A stretch of 64,000 nt of DNA. Origin: Candidatus Omnitrophota bacterium. Lineage in GTDB: Bacteria > Omnitrophota > Gorgyraeia > Zapsychrales > Fredricksoniimonadaceae. The position numbers were made by a program, and so were the translations under genes. Below are positions 57,905 through 64,000 of the stretch, piece after piece; the first letter of the stretch is position 1, and each line of letters starts with the position of its first letter. The notes beneath the pieces are model-generated. The model searched no databases. It was not told where the DNA came from and saw only the letters and a program-made list of their open reading frames with translations. The DNA is taken from the NCBI GenBank assembly GCA_015233675.1, contig JADFXH010000004.1, positions 136,492 through 200,491 of the forward strand. The letters are read 5' to 3'.

Positions 57905-58262
57905 TTCCCCCCACAATTCTATGATGTGTTCATTTTCAAAAAACCGTGAAAGTATTTTTGTATGGCTCTCTTTTAGCTCCCCCTACATATCTAATATGGG
58001 AGCATTTTTCAAAATCCAGCAAAGTATTTTTGTGTCTCGCTTCCTCTGATTACCCCCCACATCTACTATGGGTGCCTTTTCTAAAATTCAGTAAACTATT
58101 TTTGTCTTACTTGTTTCGTTCCCCCCACAATACTAAGATGTGTTCATTTTTAGAATTTGGACAAAGTATTTTTGTTTGATTTTTCCCGTCTCCCCTCATG
58201 TCTATTTTGTGTTCAATTCTTAAAATCTTGTCATTTATAAGGCATTGGAATCAAGACGGCCT
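57905..58262. repeat. Five tandem ~71-bp repeats in the divergent intergenic region
   Basis: C-runs start at 57907, 57979, 58053, 58121 and 58192. Each unit reads CCCCCCACA..CTA..ATG.G..CATTTT..AAAA....G.AAAGTATTTTTGT... Confidence 0.85.
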
Positions 58263-58266
58263 TATA

Positions 58267-59988
58267 ATGTTTGCTATGGCAGAAGATGACTCCCTGGCAC
58301 ATTACATAAAACAGTTAAGGAAAATTACCCTGTTCACCCCAACCCAGGAGAAGGAATATTTCCTCCGACTCAAGGGCGGTGAAACGAAATATAGAAACTT
58401 AATCTATGAAACCTTCCTGCCCTTGGTGCTAACAACCGCTAAAGAATACTGTGGTAAGGGTGTTCCATTTCCAGACTTGATTCAGGAAGGCAATATAAGT
58501 CTCTCCAAAGCCATTGATAATTTTGACCCCGCAAAAGGTTTCAGATTCTCCACCTATGCCAAAAAATATATAGGAAGCGATATTTTGACTTTATTTAAAA
58601 AAGACCGCCTTGTAAGAATCCCCGATAGGCGTTTAAGGCAAATCCTTCAATATCGAAAAGCGGAAGAAGAACTGGAAAAGGAATTATGCCGTCTCCCTAC
58701 CATTGAAGAGATTGCTGAACACATGGACGAATCCATAACTGTCGTTAGCAAAATCCAAAAGGCCATTGCCACAGAGGAAGATATTGAGGGTTTAGAACGC
58801 CCTAATGACACAAAGATACTTTCCACGATACAGAAACATAATTTAGGAGAGTCCGATATTATAAAAAAAGCGGATATAACTTCGCTTGGGGAAAGCGGGG
58901 CAAATATTTTAAAGGAATTAGTTGAAAAAGGAATCCTGGTTAATTATTCTCCGACCGAAGTTCGTTTTGCAAGAGATTCACAAGGTTTTGATGACAATCT
59001 AAAGGTCGTTAGAGAAATTATAGAAAAATATGCAAAGAACAATAAAGAATATGATGAAATCTTGTTTGCTTTCTTTCGGCCCTATTTAACAAAAAACACA
59101 TATTCTCAAGCAGACTATAGCGACCAATTTTGGGGAAAGGACTTTTTTAATTCAACCGAGCGAATATGTATGGCTACTGCTTGTAGAATGTTTGAATCGG
59201 TATTTACAAAAGAGTCCTTTGTAAAACATTTTCCAAATGGTGAAGAAATTTTTAATTGGCTATGGGAAAAAGGGCGCATTGCAGATGTGGAAGAGCTATG
59301 CTATCCACCCGTCATTGCAAAATCTAAAATCTGTGAAATTGGCCCCAATGGCCCCAAAATTCTGGACGACTTCTTGAATGAATTTGTTGTCACAAAAGCT
59401 GATTCGCCTACAGATGTTATACTACAGCCATTAAATTGGTGTGAAGAGAAGGCCCGTAGAATTGCAAAGGAAGATTTCGATAAAATCTGGGCCATTTTTA
59501 AACAAGCCCAGCCTAAGAGCCGAGAATACGTAGGTGGTAGTATTACAGAGTTCCAAAGAGAGCTTCTAATTAAAACTTATCCGAATGAAGTTGGACGAAT
59601 TATTGAGCTTATTTGGAATGACAGTAAAGATTTCTCAAGACCAAGAGGGCTTTCGGAACTGGCGGATGTTATGAAAATGCCCAAAACCGTCATCAAAAAA
59701 ACCTTAAAAAAGGCTTCGCAAAAGATAGAACTCCTAATCAAGCAGTGCATTGATAACACAGAAATTTCTGATATTGGCCCTGATGGAGCCAAGATTCTGG
59801 ACGATTTAATTAAAAATGATGTGGTAGAGGCTTGCTTCCAAGGGACGTTTATTTTAAGGCCCGCTTTGGGACGGAAGAAAAGATTAGTGCGTGAAATAGC
59901 CAAGGAAGACTTCCATAAAGTCTGGGCCGTCTTACAACGTGCCCACACCAAAAAACAGACCAAAAAACCCAAAAAGCGTATTACTTAA
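58267..59988 (+). CDS. Sigma-70-like protein with three copies of a ~65-aa module inserted around and after a region-4-like segment
   Basis: Region 2: DLIQEGNISLSKAIDNFDPAKGFRFSTYAKKYIGSDI. Region 3-like: LPTIEEIAEHMDESITVV. The three copies are LGESGANILKELVEKGILV..VVREIIEKYAK, IGPNGPKILDDFLNEFVV..RRIAKEDFDKIWAIF and IGPDGAKILDDLIKNDVV..REIAKEDFHKVWAVL. The start is moved from 58198, which lies inside repeat 5, to 58267. Confidence 0.75.
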   Translation: MFAMAEDDSLAHYIKQLRKITLFTPTQEKEYFLRLKGGETKYRNLIYETFLPLVLTTAKEYCGKGVPFPDLIQEGNISLSKAIDNFDPAKGFRFSTYAKKYIGSDILTLFKKDRLVRIPDRRLRQILQYRKAEEELEKELCRLPTIEEIAEHMDESITVVSKIQKAIATEEDIEGLERPNDTKILSTIQKHNLGESDIIKKADITSLGESGANILKELVEKGILVNYSPTEVRFARDSQGFDDNLKVVREIIEKYAKNNKEYDEILFAFFRPYLTKNTYSQADYSDQFWGKDFFNSTERICMATACRMFESVFTKESFVKHFPNGEEIFNWLWEKGRIADVEELCYPPVIAKSKICEIGPNGPKILDDFLNEFVVTKADSPTDVILQPLNWCEEKARRIAKEDFDKIWAIFKQAQPKSREYVGGSITEFQRELLIKTYPNEVGRIIELIWNDSKDFSRPRGLSELADVMKMPKTVIKKTLKKASQKIELLIKQCIDNTEISDIGPDGAKILDDLIKNDVVEACFQGTFILRPALGRKKRLVREIAKEDFHKVWAVLQRAHTKKQTKKPKKRIT

Positions 59989-60381
59989 CCTCCAATAACT
60001 GGTTATTCCGCCTCTCGTGGCCGTTCTAAAATTTTCATCATCATGTAATACACATTTTACGGAGCCTATTTTCCTCATTAAGCTGTATATTCAAACTTTC
60101 CGAATCATCCTTGGGATACCTCGGGAAACAAACAGAATAGGCTCCAAAAGGTCAGGATAAACTCAAAACAGAGACTTTCCAGGGATAATGGGCAAAGTTC
60201 CGCCAAGTCCAGATGAATCACTTTTGAAGCCCATATTATCCTCGCTTTCATATTGGCCTCGGTTGAAAGTAAAATCGAAGCCATATAGACGACTTTTTTG
60301 GCCTTCTCCCCCGCCGCTGACCATAAAAAAGGGTTCCCATTTTTAAAACCACTCGTCGGAGGGGTGACATTTTTACTCGTA

Positions 60382-60897
60382 TCATTTCGCCCACCTCCTG
60401 AAATATCCTTCCTTTTGCCTTGGAATTGAATCCTTCTTCCCTTTTGGACGGCCCATTTGCTTTCCCTCGGCTCTTGCCCTATCCATTCCTGCCTTTGTCC
60501 TGGAAATAAGGATTGAACGCTCGTATTGAGCCACGGCCCCAAGAACACTCCAAATAAGTTCGCCGTGTGGCGTAGTGGTATCAATCATTTCTGTCATTGA
60601 AATAAAATCTACTGTACGGTTTCGGAGTTCTTGGAGAAAACTTAATAAGTGTTGGAGACTGCGCCCCACACGGTCAATTTTCCAGACCAGAAGACAATTA
60701 AACTTTTTTTCCCGCATGTCATTTAGAAGTCGTTCAAAGGCGGGCCTCTTTATATCACTCCCTGAAAAACCACTATCAAGGTATTCTTCCTTAATCTGAT
60801 ACCCCATTTGTTGACAGTAATTTCTTAAAGCGAGCCGTTGGGTATCTGTGTTTTGCTCTGCAAGGGATGTCCGACAATAAATAACAAGTTCACGCAT
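60382..60897 (-). CDS. Small serine recombinase (resolvase/invertase catalytic domain; no obvious C-terminal HTH)
   Basis: VIYCRTSLAEQNTDTQ, LLVWKIDRVGRS and GRPKGKKD. Confidence 0.8.
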   Translation of the reverse strand: MRELVIYCRTSLAEQNTDTQRLALRNYCQQMGYQIKEEYLDSGFSGSDIKRPAFERLLNDMREKKFNCLLVWKIDRVGRSLQHLLSFLQELRNRTVDFISMTEMIDTTTPHGELIWSVLGAVAQYERSILISRTKAGMDRARAEGKQMGRPKGKKDSIPRQKEGYFRRWAK

Positions 60898-61079
60898 AAT
60901 GTCCTCACTTTCAGTTTTTGAAGGGATAAAGACCTTTTAGCTTCTGTCAATATACGTCTTATCCGTCGGTATTGAACCGCCGTATCTTTTCTAAACAACT
61001 GCTCTATTGGATGAAATTTGTTATTCATAGTATTACTCTATTATTAACTTACTATCTTATTTTATTACCTCGTAGATAC

Positions 61080-61109
61080 AAAAAATCCTCACTGTTTAGA
61101 ATGAGGATT
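61080..61109 (-). terminator. Rho-independent terminator after the RHH gene
   Basis: AATCCTCA...TGAGGATT stem followed on the minus strand by TTTTTT. Confidence 0.7.
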
Positions 61110-61111
61110 CT

Positions 61112-61255
61112 TTACTTCTTATGCTTCGCTAAAAACTCTTTTAAAGCCTGTTCCACAACTTCCCCATACGTCTTATCTTCTTTAACTGCATAAAGTTTAA
61201 TTTCCTTGATAAGGTCAGGGTCAACTGTGATTGTATGTTTTATTTTGTCTGCCAT
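61112..61255 (-). CDS. Ribbon-helix-helix (CopG/Arc-like) small DNA-binding protein, 47 aa
   Basis: Below the ORF-track cutoff; hand translation gives MADKIKHTITVDPDLIKEIKLYAVKEDKTYGEVVEQALKEFLAKHKK (beta-strand, helix, helix pattern). Confidence 0.6.
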   Translation of the reverse strand: MADKIKHTITVDPDLIKEIKLYAVKEDKTYGEVVEQALKEFLAKHKK

Positions 61256-61364
61256 GTCTTCCTCCTACTTAAAGAATACCATAAAATAATAAAGTATGCA
61301 AATAATAAATAAATATTTTTTAAAATCTCCGTCGAGGAATTAAAAATATACCATTTAAACGTAC

Positions 61365-61393
61365 AAGATACCCCCCTGGGTACGAATTGGCAA
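61365..61393 (-). promoter_or_regulatory. Candidate sigma70 promoter P1 with a palindromic spacer
   Basis: Minus strand: TTGCCA, 17-nt spacer, TATCTT. The spacer contains TACCC-AGGG-GGGTA. Confidence 0.35.
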
Positions 61394-61439
61394 AATAAAA
61401 ATGCTCGCCTTCAAGCGGCACTACTGTTCTAAGAAGGTC

Positions 61440-61468
61440 TGGATACCCCCAGGGGTCGGAATTGGCAA
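61440..61468 (-). promoter_or_regulatory. Candidate sigma70 promoter P2 (a direct repeat of P1)
   Basis: Minus strand: TTGCCA, 17-nt spacer, TATCCA. The spacer contains ACCCC-T-GGGGT. Confidence 0.35.
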
Positions 61469-61519
61469 AAGATGTTTTTCCAAAAAAAGTGGCAGGCCCA
61501 TTTTTATATTGGACGCTTT

Positions 61520-62230
61520 TTAAAGAAGCTCGACCATCTCGTGAGAAATAATAGGCACACCATTAAAACCATTTAAATGGGTATTGGAATTGATGAATTG
61601 TTTCATTGCTTCTAAATGAAAATTTGGCACAAGGATAGCCGCAACATCATCTTTCTGAAATTTCCATTCGTATGCTGACCGCCACTCACGCTCATAATAA
61701 AAATTGTTATTCTGTTCCGTATCCACATTGACATCTGTTATTGATATTGCCCTTGTTAGGTCACTACGTTTTGCGTAAGTTCCTATTAGCATAAGAAATT
61801 CGTGAAGTTCCTTATTGTTTACAGCATTATTTGTATGCTCATTATCAAATTTATTCAGCAAGGCTTCTGAATGTTTAAATAAATGAAAATCATGTTGAAT
61901 ATAAAATACTGGATTAAAATGACCCCTTATAATAGCGTTATTTTTCTTAAAGGCGATTCCGTATTGGCCATAACGACACGTATGGATTCTCAAATCTTTG
62001 AAGGGAATATCGCACATACAGGCCGCTGGCCATCCTATTCTCTCCTGCCCGCTGGGCATTTTAATTCTTTGATAATCCAAAGATACTTTCAATGTTTGAT
62101 TGCCAATTATGGCCTTTAAAATTTCAAACGCCTTATCTGGCGTTTTATTGTACCCCGTAAAATGCCACAAAACTTTTGTTGCAAATCTTTGCAAAAAATC
62201 AGCTAAATCGGGATGAGATTCTGGACTCAT
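61520..62230 (-). CDS. AbiGi-like (abortive-infection-associated) protein; tentative
   Basis: LWHFTG.., MCDIPFKDL...RYGQYGIAFKKNNAIIRGHFNPVFYI and YYEREWR match the pattern I associate with the AbiGi family. Confidence 0.55.
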   Translation of the reverse strand: MSPESHPDLADFLQRFATKVLWHFTGYNKTPDKAFEILKAIIGNQTLKVSLDYQRIKMPSGQERIGWPAACMCDIPFKDLRIHTCRYGQYGIAFKKNNAIIRGHFNPVFYIQHDFHLFKHSEALLNKFDNEHTNNAVNNKELHEFLMLIGTYAKRSDLTRAISITDVNVDTEQNNNFYYEREWRSAYEWKFQKDDVAAILVPNFHLEAMKQFINSNTHLNGFNGVPIISHEMVELL

Positions 62231-62673
62231 AAATTTTCCTTATTTCTTGCTTCTTGTTCCATAGGAGCATTGAAGTAACCTACCGTCAATATCTCGGTCA
62301 AATATTTATCCAAAAATTGTTTTATTCCCCCTAATTGCTCATACTGCAAAACATGTGCCAGCTCATGTTTGTAAATTCCTTGTTGGTGAACACAATCTTT
62401 TCTCAAAAGTATCCCATAGCCCAAAGTCAACCCTGCCGTGTTACCTGAAATAAGTTCGGTTTCTTTACATGCTTGTTGTAATAGCGGATGCTCTGGCAAC
62501 GGCATTGTATCCACCACTAAAAATCTAACCTTCTCTGGGTATTTAATTCCAATTTTTTTGGAAAATACCTGCAACTCGTTTGATAACGACTGCCCCCGTT
62601 TAAGTATTTCTTTTTCTTTTGATTCTACCCACTCGCAAGCTAATGGAAGCAGACAATCTAAGTCAATAGGCAT
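62227..62673 (-). CDS. Small HExxH metallopeptidase-like protein (DUF4157-like)
   Basis: GNTAGLTLGYGILLRKD...IYKHELAHVLQYEQLGG. Overlaps the downstream gene start by 4 nt. Confidence 0.6.
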   Translation of the reverse strand: MPIDLDCLLPLACEWVESKEKEILKRGQSLSNELQVFSKKIGIKYPEKVRFLVVDTMPLPEHPLLQQACKETELISGNTAGLTLGYGILLRKDCVHQQGIYKHELAHVLQYEQLGGIKQFLDKYLTEILTVGYFNAPMEQEARNKENL

Positions 62674-62993
62674 AGATGTATGCTACCACAAAATAAAAGA
62701 CCAGCCAATGAACGAATCACGGGCTGGGTAAATTAAATCGAAATTGAAGGCGGCTTATTTATACCTGGGCCTATTTGAACGCAAATTCAGGACAACAATA
62801 AGATAAATAAAAATTAAGGGTGTGGGATGGCAATGCAAAAGCAGATGACGACCATGTTCAATATCGCCAAGCCCCAATCACTACCACTATATCCGTATGA
62901 CTTAAAGGCCATTTTAAACACCTATTAATAAATAACAAGGCCGCTGGAAAACCAACGGCCTCAAAAAATCAACTCAAACTGAAATCATACCTT

Positions 62994-64000
62994 TTATTGC
63001 TGTATCCCTGGTTGAACTAATGGTTCAACAGCGGGCCTAATACTGACAATCACTGGAATTAACCCGTCAATATGAATATTTTCCAAATCCTGCTGGCTAA
63101 TTGGCAATGGGACTCCTTTACCATCACGCTTAATCTGTAAATCCAAATGAGCGGCATTGAAGTCGATACCACCAAGGTCATTGGGATTCTTTTTGTTTGT
63201 AGTCACATGTGCTACTGTGGCTCTGTCAGCATCAGCCTTCAAAGTATTGAACAGCTTCACCAGGTCAGCCCAAAAAGCATCCTGGATGGCTGTGGCTACT
63301 TCCCTATCATTTATCTCCAAACGTCCTTCTGTCCCCGTGGGGCCAAACAAGAGATTCATATTTGCATCAACATTCTGGACTTCGTGAACGCTGGCGGCCT
63401 GGGGATTCTTAGCGAAATTGTCTCTCAAGGTTCCCTGAATCTTCTGATGCCAGGCGGAGATATATCCCCAGTCTTCATTAAATAATTTGACAGTAGCTTC
63501 TGTCTGATTCGCCAACCCTACAAGGCTGTCTTTGACTTGAGCGAACTTAGCTTTAGCTTCGGCCAATTTACGTTGAGTCTCTGCTTGCTTGGCCGCCTCT
63601 TGTTGACGATGGGCCTGTCCTTCTGGGCTTAATTCCCAGGCTCTATGTTTGGCATCAGCTTCGGCCAAGAATCTTGTCTCAAGCGCACTGTTAGATTCAG
63701 TTGCGCTGGTCACAGTTATTGTTGTTCCATTGAACGCCCCTTCAACATTGGCCCCCGTCTGCTTTTGTCCTTTTTTCATTACGGCGAAGAAATTATCCCG
63801 ACTACCATACCAATTAGCACTATCCAATACCAATACCTTAGCACCTTTTCTATCTATCAAGGTTGCCTTATATTCACTATCAATAACCACTGCCTCACCA
63901 GCCATTGCTGAATCAGCAGAAGCCCTTAAATCATTAAATAGCTTTCCTAAATCGGCCCAAAAGGATTGCTGAATGGCATCAGCAACTTCTTTATCATCTA
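62994..64000 (-). CDS. Third member of the C-tail family; the 5' end is cut by the window edge
   Basis: The reading frame stays open from 63905 to base 64000 (..DDKEVADAIQQSFWADLGKLFNDLRASADSA-MAGEAVV..). An internal repeat is NDREVATAIQDAFWADLVKLFNTLKADADRA. The tail is LGGIDFNAAHLDLQIKRDGKGVPLPISQQDLENIHIDGLIPVIVSIRPAV. Confidence 0.8.
   Translation of the reverse strand, partial: DDKEVADAIQQSFWADLGKLFNDLRASADSAMAGEAVVIDSEYKATLIDRKGAKVLVLDSANWYGSRDNFFAVMKKGQKQTGANVEGAFNGTTITVTSATESNSALETRFLAEADAKHRAWELSPEGQAHRQQEAAKQAETQRKLAEAKAKFAQVKDSLVGLANQTEATVKLFNEDWGYISAWHQKIQGTLRDNFAKNPQAASVHEVQNVDANMNLLFGPTGTEGRLEINDREVATAIQDAFWADLVKLFNTLKADADRATVAHVTTNKKNPNDLGGIDFNAAHLDLQIKRDGKGVPLPISQQDLENIHIDGLIPVIVSIRPAVEPLVQPGIQQ

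Larger units (their letters stand above)
50654..62673. mobile_element. Recombinase-rich integrated mobile DNA, probably a mosaic of more than one element; boundaries not defined
   Basis: Contains a terminase remnant, a large serine recombinase, two tyrosine recombinases, an HUH Rep-like gene with 71-bp repeats, a small resolvase, an RHH gene and an Abi-like pair. Many small orphan ORFs with overlapping stops and starts. Confidence 0.6.

Noticed and set aside
58198-58266. ORF-track start of the sigma-like gene
   Set aside because: This ATG is the conserved ATG-containing part of repeat unit 5. Sigma-like sequence begins only after the Met codons at 58267 and 58276.
60105-60584. 159-aa minus-strand ORF
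   Set aside because: Its upstream half overlaps the resolvase gene out of frame. The remainder is low-complexity and hydrophobic, with no SD or motif. It is probably not coding, although a small membrane peptide downstream of the resolvase cannot be excluded.

Overview
This is a 64-kb window from a low-GC diderm bacterium (RND/TolC efflux genes are present); I cannot assign a lineage from sequence alone. No rRNA, tRNA or CRISPR array was found, and nearly all credible genes lie on the minus strand.

**0.5-31.6 kb (mostly chromosomal).** It holds a CNNM/CorC transporter, a glycosyltransferase, PtsI followed by a PilZ gene, several two-component regulators and a detox cluster. The detox cluster comprises a GST, a VOC-fold protein, a permease, an isochorismatase-family hydrolase and a pirin, plus a decayed fatty-acid desaturase. 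Also present are a U32 peptidase, a TPM/nucleotidyltransferase-like pair, a PAS protein, EngB and a MATE pump.

**31.7-42.1 kb (metal resistance).** A CzcCBA/CusCBA-type RND operon is driven by an ECF sigma factor and bracketed by two secreted YHS/TRASH-like paralogs. An ars operon follows (DUF134 regulator, Acr3, ArsC).

**42.3-62.7 kb (accessory/mobile).**
- An AbrB/RelE-type toxin-antitoxin pair whose toxin carries an in-frame stop.
- Two Fic + sigma-region-2-only gene pairs.
- A terminase remnant and a large serine recombinase.
- A block with two overlapping tyrosine recombinases, an HUH Rep-like gene and five 71-bp repeats.
- A sigma-like protein with a triplicated C-terminal module.
- A small resolvase, an RHH gene and a DUF4157-like/AbiGi-like gene pair.

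**Most unusual signal.** Three large exported proteins form a family: ~2,300 aa at 17.6-24.5 kb, 1,318 aa at 44.8-48.7 kb, and a third running off the right edge. All share a strictly C-terminal ~60-aa tail (GGID...PVIxxIxP), and two also share a ~430-aa N-terminal module. Their middles differ; one carries an ATP-grasp fold and a PPDK_N-like fold. A recurring D-x-A-M tetrapeptide sits at the module junctions.

All functional calls come from motif reading by eye. No database search or computation was possible.
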